64,000 nucleotides of DNA from Nitrosopumilus sp. (GCA_963667665.2 OY763927.2:576001-640000); one strand, 5' to 3'. Shown: positions 20,857 through 31,060, numbered from the stretch's first letter. The notes: generated from the sequence alone by a model not told the origin. Program-made: numbers and translations.

Positions 20857-21516
20857 TTAAATTAAACAAGCAACTATTATTTCAACTAATTCTGAATTAG
20901 ATTCATAATGTAATTTTACACTAGTAGAATTAAGAGTTATGTTAATTACTTCAAATAATGCCTCTTCACCATCAATTAGATAAAAGAAATAGTGAGAATT
21001 AGGAATTCCGTTAAATTCAATACAGTAATCTTTAAACATATTTGATTCAATGGATGGGAGTATCACCACCAAATCCCCTTCTTTTGTTGGTGATAAAGAT
21101 ATATTCAAAACATAATCCTCAATTACATAGCTTTCATCTGAATAAATTTCAACAGAGTCAACTACTCCTTCATTTGTTTGATACGTAATGTAATGGTAAT
21201 TGCCATCATAAAAAACAGATGTGGTAATCTGCGGTGCATTAGGTTCTGAATATAATACGGTATCCCAGTTTAGATGTTTTGCTGTTTCAAAATAAACACA
21301 TGCCCACTTAGAATTAGATCGTAAAACCAATACTTGTTCAGGATTAGGGCAGGTGAGTGGATCACCTATTTTTCTATCTTCCAACACATCTTTTAATGAA
21401 TGGAAATGCCCGTGTCCTTGATTTATTTGAGCAAAAGCATCAGACTCAAAAGTAAAGGAAATGGATGCACCTAATACCATGAAGATTGAAAAAAATGTTA
21501 AAAATACTATATTCAT
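20857..21516 (-). CDS. Secreted protein with C..WACV module
   Basis: Signal peptide ending AFA; CPNPEQVLVLRSNSKWACV; LIDGEE beta-rich domain. Confidence 0.7.
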   Translation of the reverse strand: MNIVFLTFFSIFMVLGASISFTFESDAFAQINQGHGHFHSLKDVLEDRKIGDPLTCPNPEQVLVLRSNSKWACVYFETAKHLNWDTVLYSEPNAPQITTSVFYDGNYHYITYQTNEGVVDSVEIYSDESYVIEDYVLNISLSPTKEGDLVVILPSIESNMFKDYCIEFNGIPNSHYFFYLIDGEEALFEVINITLNSTSVKLHYESNSELVEIIVACLI

Positions 21517-21574
21517 ATTTGCTCAAAAACCGTGTGAGTTATTAATTTTTCAGATAAGAAAAAGAAAAAGGAGA

Positions 21575-22165
21575 TCACCATGTTAACCCTAATTGGTCTT
21601 TGATGTGATCATATGGTTCATAGTATGTGTATCCACCAGTAGTGCCTTTAGCGATGCCATAAACATCTGTTTTCCCATTGGCTTGTGGCTTCATTATTGC
21701 TGAACCACTATCACCAGCATGTGATGTACCACTAACTTTACCACTATGGGAATTTTCATAGACTAATGATCCCACATGTCCTGTACCACCAATTCCATCC
21801 CAACTTAGTATAGTTCCAGCTGGAGTAGATGAGATATTTCTTGTTTGTACTGGATATGTACTACCAAAATCTGGTGTCCAAATACTATCATACATCCAAT
21901 GGCCTCCAGTGAATTGTATAAATGCACAATCACATGAGCCGCTTGGTGCAACTTTAGCTTGACCAATTACTCCAGAACTACTTAATGGTTGAACAACTTG
22001 TTCGTTACCACTTGGAACTTCATGTTCTGCAATAATGAAACCATAGCCATATGTTGGGTGATATGCTTTGAACCCTAATGTGTTTCCAACACCTGTTGAG
22101 CCTTGGTGAGCTACTGAAATCCCACCTTTACCAGGATGACATGCAGATGTTTCACTTGAGCAAGG
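21575..22165 (-). pseudogene. S1-like serine protease, 5'-truncated
   Basis: Open frame upstream of 21895 gives GFIIAEHE and SCDCAFI; GDSGS nucleophile motif; no signal or pro-region. Confidence 0.75.
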
Positions 22166-22284
22166 TTTGCGATACTTGCCTAAATGATTTACCTGATAAC
22201 TAATTATCTTGGAACTGTTTCAGCCCCCGAAAGTAAACACGGAGAAGATCTCAAAACAAACCCCTCAGATTACCCAGAATCCTA

Positions 22285-22536
22285 TTGTCTGAGTTAAGAG
22301 ACAATATGGATAGTGTTGAAGCAATTCATGCATTACAAGCTAGAAGCAACATGCAAGACATTACATTACTTTGTTATGAAAAAGATGGCTGCCCTTGTCA
22401 CAGACACATGGTTAGAGAGTTAGTTGAAGATCCTAGATTGTTACAATCAAAGTTTGTACCTGAAAATACTAATAATCAAAAATCTACTCCTATGGAGATT
22501 CATATTGCCAACAAGAAACGTTTGGTCATACCCTGA
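22285..22536 (+). pseudogene. DUF488-family C-terminal fragment
   Basis: ITLLCYE....CHR motif. Confidence 0.7.
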
Positions 22537-23097
22537 TTCATCAATGTGTAGATTATCCCAAACTTGATCTTGAACTTTTTCAACAGGATTATAACGTAAC
22601 CACTCATACACTCCCCATTCCAACACGCCCTGTTTGTGTTGTTGTTTTTTAGTTCTACAATGGGGACAACTATATGTAATAACTGGACGAACTCCATAAT
22701 TTTGAATTGTCATGAATAAGTCATCATTCACTAATGTGGTTTGAACAGTAGAATCCACATTTTTTCTTTTTTCTAAATTCTTATCAATAATTTTTGGGAC
22801 AATTATTCCTAAACTCAATTTTTTATCATTAATATCTTCGATACAACCATAACTATGATTTTCTTTCAAATATGTAATTAGTTCTACCCACTTTTTTCTT
22901 GATAATTTTCGCTTTACTATTATTTTATCTGATAATGTCTCCCATTCTGTTTTTGAGCCTTGAATTTTCCAACTTTCATCTCTACTATCTTTTGTATTTC
23001 TTTCTAAGGGCAAAGAAACTACATTCCACCTTTTCATTGGAGAGTATGGCGGTACTGGATAAATTCTAATCAGTCCATGGTGATTTGACTGATGCAA
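22447..23097 (-). pseudogene. Conserved DUF488-neighbouring protein, 5'-truncated
   Basis: LIRIYP..W..DSRDESW, SLGII.P, C..C..H..LEWG and FLVGN motifs; N-terminus overlaps a divergent fragment. Confidence 0.55.
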
Positions 23098-23477
23098 AAA
23101 AGTCTGATCTTAAAATAAAGTTCAAACATCATATGGCAAAAGTAAAACACAATCTAACTGACGAGCAAAAATCTGACATTCATGATAGAATAGCTGAGAT
23201 GAAAGCATTCAAAGCTGATCTTCAAGAAAGAGCATCAGATATGACTGACGAGGAAAAACAAGAACTTAGAGCAGATTTCATTGAAAAGGCAAAAGACATG
23301 CGACATGCATGGATTTCCCCACGTACACAAATGACTGCAGGATTAGATGCTGCAGACGTTGAATGTAGAGAAGGATTCAGCCTTGTAATGAAAGCATCAA
23401 ACGGTGTAGCAATGTGTCTATATGCAGATACTGCATTGAAGATGATAGATAGAGGGATTGTAGTTCCTGCTAACTAA
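23085..23477 (+). pseudogene. C-terminal part of a thaumarchaeal secreted protein
   Basis: ISPRTQM..VECREG..LVMK..G.AMC module; no signal peptide. Confidence 0.65.
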
Positions 23478-23572
23478 TTTTTCTTTTTTTTATTTATCTA
23501 ATGTATATTAGATGATCTAAATTATTGTCCATAAACGGTTCAAGTCTCTAAGAAATTGAATCCCAAAAACAA

Positions 23573-23863
23573 TCAAAGTTCTAATCCAAAGGATTGAGCA
23601 ATATTTGCAAATTTTGCATAAGATTCTAAATACTGTCTGCCTTTTTGGGTAATTACAAAGGTATGTCTCCCATCAAATTCGATTTTGTTAATCAAACCAT
23701 TTCCTGTCAAATTTGATATCATTTTTGATAATCTAGAATGTGGTAAGTTGGCCTTTGAAATTAGAGCAGTTGTTTTGATTCCTTCTTGGCCTGACTGTTC
23801 AGTGGCAGTCAAAAGATCTCCCACAATCTGCATACTTGTTCTATACGAAACCATGAAAATCAT
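23573..23863 (-). CDS. Winged-helix transcriptional regulator
   Basis: YRTSMQIV.DLL..KANL..ITQKGRQYL. Confidence 0.85.
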   Translation of the reverse strand: MIFMVSYRTSMQIVGDLLTATEQSGQEGIKTTALISKANLPHSRLSKMISNLTGNGLINKIEFDGRHTFVITQKGRQYLESYAKFANIAQSFGLEL

Positions 23864-23964
23864 GGTTTATTGCATTTTATAAATATTGCCATTTATTACC
23901 ATTCATTGCCATTTATTACCACTCATTACCAATAGTATATATAGTGGGCTTGGAAACCCAAACC

Positions 23965-24474
23965 ATGAGTACACAATCACAAGCAAGCAAGAGCACTCAA
24001 ACTCCTGCAAGCAAGAGCACTCAAACTCCTGCAAGCAAGAGCACTCAAACTCCTGCAAGCAAGAGCACTCAAACTCCTGCAAGCAATGTATATTCAATAT
24101 ACACGCAAAATGTTCAAAAATACTTTGAAAATATCTCAAAAATCACCCCACAGTATTTTCAAGCTATCACACAATTGCAAGAAGAATGTATGAAAACATG
24201 TGAGAAAACAATCAATGCTGCAGTATCTGTACAGCAAGAATTTGCAACAAAATCAGGTCTTTCAACTGAAATTCCAAATGATGCAAGAACTGCAATCGTA
24301 GATACCAACAAGCAAATTGTTCAAGCAACCACATTAGGCAATCAATTGACAAAAACTACAATTGATGCAACCGTACAAAACATCAGAACCTTCGGCGATA
24401 ACATTAACGCATTTGTAGAATTGAATAGAAATATTATCCAGTCATGGGTAAACCCACTCACACTAAAAAACTAG
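23965..24474 (+). CDS. Helical Gln/Thr-rich protein (possibly phasin-like) with N-terminal octapeptide repeats
   Basis: ATG at 23965; (ASKSTQTP)x4, then amphipathic helices. Confidence 0.7.
   Translation: MSTQSQASKSTQTPASKSTQTPASKSTQTPASKSTQTPASNVYSIYTQNVQKYFENISKITPQYFQAITQLQEECMKTCEKTINAAVSVQQEFATKSGLSTEIPNDARTAIVDTNKQIVQATTLGNQLTKTTIDATVQNIRTFGDNINAFVELNRNIIQSWVNPLTLKN
23983..24086 (+). repeat. 24-bp tandem repeat, 4.3 perfect copies
   Basis: GCAAGCAAGAGCACTCAAACTCCT. Confidence 0.97.
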
Positions 24475-24537
24475 TGTGATTATTTTTTCTTTTTTTATTT
24501 TATCTAATCCATATTTGTGAATAATTTTATTTTGAAT

Positions 24538-25209
24538 TTAGATCAATATGTCGTTGTTAGATGTAATTGATTTTTTTGGAACATCAAATATTTTTAATGA
24601 TTCTAAATATTTCAAATACTTTGAATTCTCTATCTCTCCATATGATATCAGTATTCTGTCATTGTGCTTTATCTCATACTGTAAAATATCTGAATAGTAT
24701 CTTTCTCCATTAAGATAAACTATGCATACTTTATCTGAAATGCAGATATCTTTCATTCCAAATGATACAAATAACATCTCTAATGGAACGCCAGTTGCAT
24801 GCTTGTGGATTTGGTATGGGTTGTTATTTTCAAAATGAATGTATTTGTTTGATATTTGAAATTCCGGTTGAGCAAAGTTTACCTGTTTATTATTATTAAT
24901 TACTACAATTGCAGCATGTGCATGATCACTTCCAAATTCTCCTATACTGTATTGGTTTGCCAGACTTTCTCGAGGATCCATGTTTTGAATTATTTGCTCA
25001 TCAATGTCTGCTTGATTGATAAAATAGTACGAAAATATTCCTACTGAGAATACTGCAAAAAGTACTATTGCTATGGATAGTCCTCTGCTTTTTGGTTTTG
25101 ATTCTGGAATTGATTCTGAGGGTAATTTTGAGGGTAATTCAGAGTTACCTTCCTCAAATCTGCCAGGTATGTATACGTCATAGTCTTTGGGAAGTGTTTT
25201 TTCAGGCAA
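24538..25209 (-). CDS. Conserved membrane-anchored His-motif protein
   Basis: One TM; HAHA, IHFE, IHKHATGV and DRILISYG motifs. Confidence 0.7.
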   Translation of the reverse strand: MPEKTLPKDYDVYIPGRFEEGNSELPSKLPSESIPESKPKSRGLSIAIVLFAVFSVGIFSYYFINQADIDEQIIQNMDPRESLANQYSIGEFGSDHAHAAIVVINNNKQVNFAQPEFQISNKYIHFENNNPYQIHKHATGVPLEMLFVSFGMKDICISDKVCIVYLNGERYYSDILQYEIKHNDRILISYGEIENSKYLKYLESLKIFDVPKKSITSNNDILI

Positions 25210-25214
25210 TATGA

Positions 25215-25757
25215 TTAATCATTTTTTACTTCGATTTTATTTTTATTAAATTTGTTGTATCCATCTTTGTTGTATCCATCTTTGTTGTATCCATCTTTGT
25301 TGTATCCATCTTTGTTGTATCCATCTTTGTTGTAACCTATGTGATCATATCCCAATCTATCATATCCCTCTTTGTTATACCCAATACTATCATATCCATC
25401 CAAGTCATACCCATTACTATCATATCCATTTCCATCATACCCATTTCTATCATATCCATTTCTATCATACCCTTCTAGGTCATACCCATCTTTGTTGTAT
25501 CCATCTTTGTTATGCCCGTCTAGGTCATACCCATCTTTGTTGTAACCATTTTTGTTATACCCAATACTGTCATACCCGTCTTTGTTGTACCCATTTTTAT
25601 TATACCCATCTTTGTTGTAACCCTTTTTGTTATACCCGTCTTTATCAAAATTTATTTTTGTATCAATGTGAATTCCATCAAGATAAAAACCACGATTGTC
25701 ATACCCATCTTTGTTGTAACCCTTTTTGTTGTACCCATTTTTATTATACCCATTTGG
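25215..25757 (-). CDS. GY(N/D)xx pentapeptide-repeat protein (180 open codons, start defective)
   Basis: Frame open from 25757 to the stop at 25215; about 30 GY(N/D)xx units from 15-bp repeats. Confidence 0.75.
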   Translation of the reverse strand, partial: PNGYNKNGYNKKGYNKDGYDNRGFYLDGIHIDTKINFDKDGYNKKGYNKDGYNKNGYNKDGYDSIGYNKNGYNKDGYDLDGHNKDGYNKDGYDLEGYDRNGYDRNGYDGNGYDSNGYDLDGYDSIGYNKEGYDRLGYDHIGYNKDGYNKDGYNKDGYNKDGYNKDGYNKFNKNKIEVKND

Positions 25758-25810
25758 TCAATTATTAATTACTAGAGTAATTTAACTGAAATAATAAATT
25801 CATACCAATT

Positions 25811-26617
25811 ACGGCAAAAAGATACAATTCCCCAATATCGTACAGATTACGAGAAATTCCAATCAAATACATCAAAATATGGAAGGATGTACAAGCAAGA
25901 AAGCTAGACAGGGAAGGTATTGCAGAACTTGCCCGCTCCATCAAAAATGAAGGGTTGCAGAATCCACCTATGGTCCAAAAGGAATCAAAAAACTCGTATT
26001 TGTTACTGTCTGGCCAGAGAAGACTTGCTGCACTCAAAAGGTTGGGTGCAAAAAAGATTCCAGTATTGTTACTTACTCAGAATACAAAATATGATCTAGA
26101 GGATGCAAAGGCGGCATCAGTTGTAGAGAATCTGCACAGAAATAAAATGAACGTTAAGGATATGACTGCAGCTTGTGTGTTTTTGAGTGAATCAGTTGGA
26201 AAAAGTAAAGCTGCAAAATCTTTAGGAATATCATCTGTTACTCTCAAGAAATATCTTGGATTTGCAGCAGTTCCAGATAAACTAAAACAGTTTGTTCCAA
26301 AGGAATTATCCCGTGATGATTGTGTAAAGTTGTATCATGCAATTCCGAATTTATCTAAAGCAGTTAAAATTGCTGAGAAAATCATACCATTAGATCAGAA
26401 ATTAAGAAGAGAATATCTCAAATCGTTATCTCGTTCCCCTAAATCATCTCATCTCAAACTACTCAAAAAAGCCAAAGATGGTTTACTTCTACAGAAAGTT
26501 ATAATTTCACTAAACAAAGGTAATGCTAGGAAATTGCGTAGTTTGGCTGTGAAAAAAGATGTAGAAGTTGTAGAAATGGCAGATAAAATATTGTCAAGTT
26601 ATTTGAAGAGAATGTAA
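25811..26617 (+). CDS. ParB/Srx N-terminal domain protein
   Basis: IAELARSIKNEGLQNP and SGQRRLAA motifs; in-frame coding extends 48 codons upstream of the track TTG. Confidence 0.8.
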   Translation, partial: TAKRYNSPISYRLREIPIKYIKIWKDVQARKLDREGIAELARSIKNEGLQNPPMVQKESKNSYLLLSGQRRLAALKRLGAKKIPVLLLTQNTKYDLEDAKAASVVENLHRNKMNVKDMTAACVFLSESVGKSKAAKSLGISSVTLKKYLGFAAVPDKLKQFVPKELSRDDCVKLYHAIPNLSKAVKIAEKIIPLDQKLRREYLKSLSRSPKSSHLKLLKKAKDGLLLQKVIISLNKGNARKLRSLAVKKDVEVVEMADKILSSYLKRM

Positions 26618-26724
26618 CATCTAGTCACAAAAATAAAAATACAATAAATGAATATTGAGAAAAGTAGTGCCCTAATTAACTATTCGATAAAAACAATAAA
26701 TAAAATCACAAATTGCTGATCCTT

Positions 26725-27132
26725 ATGCGATGTCTTTTTTGTGATATCTTAGATGGAAAAGAAGAAGGACATTTTCTATATGAGGATGATTCTCATGTTG
26801 CATTTTTAGATAAATATCCAATTGACTTTGGTCACAGTTTGATTCTTCCAAGAAAACACCATGAAAAAATAACTGATATGAATCCAGAAGATGTTGGTAC
26901 TGTCTTTTCTCTTGTTCCAAAAATTGCAAAAGCGATTTTAGATGCAACAAACGCTGATGCATTTAGTATTGCTCAAAATAATGGTAGAGCCGCAAAACAA
27001 ATTATTCCTCATGTTCACATACATCTTATTCCAAGATATAACAACAAAGGCACTGTATGGACAAAGCGTCAAATCTCAAATGATAATGATCTTTCAGAAT
27101 TGGCAAAAAAAATACGTAGTTTTCTTACTTAG
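26725..27132 (+). CDS. HIT-family hydrolase
   Basis: CLFC and HVHIH motifs. Confidence 0.92.
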   Translation: MRCLFCDILDGKEEGHFLYEDDSHVAFLDKYPIDFGHSLILPRKHHEKITDMNPEDVGTVFSLVPKIAKAILDATNADAFSIAQNNGRAAKQIIPHVHIHLIPRYNNKGTVWTKRQISNDNDLSELAKKIRSFLT

Positions 27133-28408
27133 TATGGCCTGGGTTATATCTCAAAATAGCTCCAACTTTTCCAAGACTGGCAAGCATGTTTCCATGTTCT
27201 GCACTTCCAGAAACAACTTCTAACTGGGTACCTGTTTTTGCAGCAAGTATTTCTAGATAATCTACAATATCTTGTTCATTTACTTTTACTTCCATTGCAT
27301 TACATTCAGGGCATGGCTTGTTTGTGTATTCTGTTTTTTTTGGAATAACTAGAGGTCTCTCAACAATTTCTTCTTGAATATGTTGACATCGCTTGCATTT
27401 TCCTTCAACTATATTCAAATTTGTATCATCAGTAATGATCAAAGTTTTAACAACATTATTTTTTAGATATTCAATTACTTCTTGTAAACCGTATGAGCCT
27501 TTTCCCGAATTCCCATTAATCTCTCTAAACAAATCCTCAACTAGTTTCTTTTCTTCAACTAATCTAAAATTCCCTAAAATATCTGAAGATTTTGCAAATG
27601 CTTCTCTAATCCCTTCTGCTCCTGAATACGATGCATCAATTGTAGATATGATATTATTTTGTAATCTGTACTCCAGATAACTCCCATTGATAAAATCCTC
27701 TTTTGTAGGTCCTGGACCTGAAATTATTAATCCCTTGACGGGATATATGTCAATAAAATACTCTCTTGTAGTTTGAGCAACTCTGTTATAGAAATAACTC
27801 AACTCCATCTCTCTAAGTTTTTGAAATCTTTTTGCCGATTGTCCTCCTTGTCTATGTTTTCCTGCAACTCCTGAACCAGTTTGCCCTAATACCTCAATTT
27901 TATCTCCATGCAATAATCCCCAACCTGCGTCTTTTGCATCAATTGCTAAAAATCCAATTAAATTATCATCTTTTAGCATGTCTTTTAGAATATCTACATG
28001 GAAATGATCATCACATCTGTAAAGATACTGATTCAAATCTTTTGGTGGGTCAACTTCCCATACTGTAACTACTTCACTTCCTAGAGGTCCACCTTCTTCT
28101 GGCGGCAGTGCACCACAGAACATTACTAATCCTCTTTCTGGTGTCTTTTTGTATAGTTTTAGTCTTTGAACAACTTTACCTAATGAATCAACTACATGTG
28201 ATCTTGTGAGATCCGATTTGATATTGTCAGCTGTTCCCTGCTCTTGCTGAAGTGTGCTGATAATTTCATGAAGTTGTTTTCCCTTTGGAATGTATACTGA
28301 AATAAGCTCAGTCCCTCTACCTGATTTTTGAGATAACTCCTCTAAGGTCTTTCTAATTTTATAGAGTTTAACTGAATCTTGCTTTTCTATGTTTATTCTC
28401 TTGTTCAT
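27125..28408 (-). CDS. prf1: Peptide chain release factor aRF1
   Basis: NIKS, YRCD and GGQS motifs. Confidence 0.97.
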   Translation of the reverse strand: MNKRINIEKQDSVKLYKIRKTLEELSQKSGRGTELISVYIPKGKQLHEIISTLQQEQGTADNIKSDLTRSHVVDSLGKVVQRLKLYKKTPERGLVMFCGALPPEEGGPLGSEVVTVWEVDPPKDLNQYLYRCDDHFHVDILKDMLKDDNLIGFLAIDAKDAGWGLLHGDKIEVLGQTGSGVAGKHRQGGQSAKRFQKLREMELSYFYNRVAQTTREYFIDIYPVKGLIISGPGPTKEDFINGSYLEYRLQNNIISTIDASYSGAEGIREAFAKSSDILGNFRLVEEKKLVEDLFREINGNSGKGSYGLQEVIEYLKNNVVKTLIITDDTNLNIVEGKCKRCQHIQEEIVERPLVIPKKTEYTNKPCPECNAMEVKVNEQDIVDYLEILAAKTGTQLEVVSGSAEHGNMLASLGKVGAILRYNPGHTK

Positions 28409-28471
28409 TTGTGGTTTCTCCTGATCATGCGAATATTAATTTTGATTGATTCAATTCCAGTTTTCCTAAAA

Positions 28472-29116
28472 TTATAATTCATCAATTGTTTTTAGAAATA
28501 CTTCTAGTGGTTGGTTTCCTCTAATTTTGATAATTTTTTGATCATTGAAGACTAAAAATGAAGGAGTTGCATCAATTCCTATCTCTTTCCCAAATTCATA
28601 ATGCGTGATGACTCTATTTTGATACTTGTGCATATCTAGGCATGCGTTGAATTCAAGCAAATCCAATTGAACTGTAACTGCAAATCTGTCTAATGAATCT
28701 CTTGTAATCCATCCTGTTTTTTCTCCTCCCCAATTCTTGTACAGTTCATTATGATATTGCCAGTATTTCCCTTGGTCTTCTGCACAATATGATGCTTCAG
28801 CTGCTAATATTGAATCAGGACCATTTAAGGTAAAGTCTTTGAAGACTATTTTCACTTTACCTGTTTTGATAAAATCATTATCAATAATATCTAATGTATT
28901 TTGATGAAATTTATAACAAAATGTACATTGGTAATCTCCCCATTCAAGAATGGTAATTGCAGCATCTGAATCACCCCATATTGGAGAGCCATTTTCAATT
29001 AGTTTTGAAATAGTTAATAATTTAGAGTCATTTTCTGATTCAGGAAAAAATGCCAAAAACATTCCTGTGATAATTCCTATTACTATTGGTATCAGCATTA
29101 GGTATAGTTTTTTCAT
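28472..29116 (-). CDS. DsbA-family thiol-disulfide oxidoreductase
   Basis: DYQCTFC and ATPSF motifs. Confidence 0.9.
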   Translation of the reverse strand: MKKLYLMLIPIVIGIITGMFLAFFPESENDSKLLTISKLIENGSPIWGDSDAAITILEWGDYQCTFCYKFHQNTLDIIDNDFIKTGKVKIVFKDFTLNGPDSILAAEASYCAEDQGKYWQYHNELYKNWGGEKTGWITRDSLDRFAVTVQLDLLEFNACLDMHKYQNRVITHYEFGKEIGIDATPSFLVFNDQKIIKIRGNQPLEVFLKTIDEL

Positions 29117-29177
29117 ATATTGACGAAATATGTTTCAAGTATTAAATTTATTATTTTGACAATTTTTTATTGTTCTA

Positions 29178-29951
29178 TTAAATTTGATTTTGTAATACTG
29201 TCATAATTTCTGACACTTTTTGTTTGATATCTTTTTCTTGTTGGTTTATGTTCATTTTTTCTAATTTTTCAAATATTGTTATGTTGTTTATCATATGTTC
29301 TAGCACATCAAGTGAAAATGGTTTTTCAATTACTGCGATTGCTCTATTTAGTTTTGACAATATGTCTAGTAATGTTTTTTCAATATATCCTGATGCAAAC
29401 ATTATTCTTTGTTGCGGATTGATCTTTAAAATCTCAACTGCGGCTTGTAATCCTGTCATAAATGGCATTTTTTGATCAAGTATTACTAAATCAAAATAAT
29501 TTTCTGATTGTTGAGAATTGTATTTTCTTTTGTATGCTTCAACACATTTGTGACCATCTGTTGTTAATGTAATTTCTTTACCTTTTGCTTCAAGAAAAGA
29601 CCTGTATAATCCTAAAATGTCTAGATCATCATCTGCAATTAGTATCCTTATTGGTATTTTTGGAGCCTGTTTTTCCTCTTGGTAAATGTTTTCTACTATT
29701 TTCTGAATTTCTAATTTTATTGGGTCTAGAATTTTATCACTAAATCTGCCAAAAACCCCTTCAGTTAATTCTGCAAATAATTTATAGTTTGTAATGATTT
29801 CTTTTTCTGTTTTTCCACAAGTTTTCATCATTGTTTGTATAATTGACTTGTATCCATTTCGACCATGCAGATCAATTAATTCTCCTTGAATGATCTCTGA
29901 AATATGATTTTCATATTTACTATCGTTTGATTTTATTCCTGAATTATTCAA
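29178..29951 (-). CDS. Response regulator receiver protein with N-terminal thaumarchaeal domain
   Basis: ILIADDD, DQKMP and EKPF motifs. Confidence 0.88.
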   Translation of the reverse strand: MNNSGIKSNDSKYENHISEIIQGELIDLHGRNGYKSIIQTMMKTCGKTEKEIITNYKLFAELTEGVFGRFSDKILDPIKLEIQKIVENIYQEEKQAPKIPIRILIADDDLDILGLYRSFLEAKGKEITLTTDGHKCVEAYKRKYNSQQSENYFDLVILDQKMPFMTGLQAAVEILKINPQQRIMFASGYIEKTLLDILSKLNRAIAVIEKPFSLDVLEHMINNITIFEKLEKMNINQQEKDIKQKVSEIMTVLQNQI

Positions 29952-30098
29952 TTTAGAATATTTCTAGATAAAAATATGTCAAAAGCATCAGTATGTTAGA
30001 TCTTGTAATAACAACACTCATTGAGCCTAATTCCGTATTTTTTACAAATTCAATTTGTCATCCAAGAGCTTAAATATATTCAGAGAGTCATAATTTTT

Positions 30099-30314
30099 GT
30101 GTCTGAATCAAAACAAGTTATTGTTTCAAAGCCAGGTATTTCAAAACTAGCAATAGTAGTACTGGCAATAGTCTTTGCAGTAGGATTATTTCTTGTAGGT
30201 TTTGATCAAGGACATATTTTTAGTGTAGTATATGGCGAACAAGCATTTACAGATCTCTACATCCATGAACTTACTCATGATATGAGACATGCAGCCGGAT
30301 TTCCATGTCATTAA
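30099..30314 (+). CDS. cbtB: Cobalt transporter subunit CbtB
   Basis: HE..HD.RHAAGFPCH C-terminus; GTG at 30099. Confidence 0.88.
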   Translation: MSESKQVIVSKPGISKLAIVVLAIVFAVGLFLVGFDQGHIFSVVYGEQAFTDLYIHELTHDMRHAAGFPCH

Positions 30315-30326
30315 GGGCATAATATA

Positions 30327-31058
30327 ATGAAAACATTTGTTTTTCTCATAATTGTTTTAATCTCTGGTGCATTTGCTGGTACTATTCATGGTATTGTGAA
30401 TTTTGTAATTGTAGAACCTTATCTTGATCAAGCCATTGGAATTGAAAATCAAAATCTGTTTGCATCTGGTGAAGAAAAAAACACTCCTGAATTTTGGGTA
30501 GAATATGAGGGATATAGAGAATGGCAAAAAAGTGGTCAGATTCTTGCCGGAACTATTTTAGGAACATCAGTCGGTGCATTATTTGGAATAATATTTGCAT
30601 TATCTAGAAATTCATTACCCGGAAACAATGATGTAAAAAAAGCAGTTGTTTTAGCTGGAATAATGTGGTTTACCATGTTTTTGATTCCATTTCTCAAGTA
30701 TCCTGCAAATCCACCAACTGTAGGAGATGCAGAAACTGTAGTTCTCAGGTCCGTCTTGTATCTTTCTTTTATCACAATTTCTGGATTTGGAGCAGTTGTT
30801 TTTTACAAATTATCAAAGAAATTCCAAAACAACAGAAAACTTGTAGCATTAATTGGCTATGGTGTTTTTATTTCTTTAGTCTTTTTTGCAATGCCGGAAA
30901 ATCCAGACGAAATTACAGCCCCTATAGATTTGGTAAATGAGTTTAGGATAATGTCATTCCTTGGAGTAACATCTTTCTGGGTTTCAATTGGTTTGATTCT
31001 AGGATTCTTTTGGAATCGTCTTAGTCCTGATAAAGAAACTACCCCCTCTTATAATTAA
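30327..31058 (+). CDS. cbtA: Cobalt transporter subunit CbtA
   Basis: Multi-TM; PFLKYPANPPTVG motif; follows cbtB. Confidence 0.88.
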   Translation: MKTFVFLIIVLISGAFAGTIHGIVNFVIVEPYLDQAIGIENQNLFASGEEKNTPEFWVEYEGYREWQKSGQILAGTILGTSVGALFGIIFALSRNSLPGNNDVKKAVVLAGIMWFTMFLIPFLKYPANPPTVGDAETVVLRSVLYLSFITISGFGAVVFYKLSKKFQNNRKLVALIGYGVFISLVFFAMPENPDEITAPIDLVNEFRIMSFLGVTSFWVSIGLILGFFWNRLSPDKETTPSYN

Positions 31059-31060
31059 TG

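Noticed and set aside
23886-24139. Alternative-frame ORFs with KQEHSNSC or LQEFECSC repeats
   Set aside because: Shadow frames of the 24-bp repeat inside 23965-24474
25215-25757. 15-bp repeats as a CRISPR or non-coding satellite
   Set aside because: Variation is codon-structured and the frame stays open, so the repeats are coding
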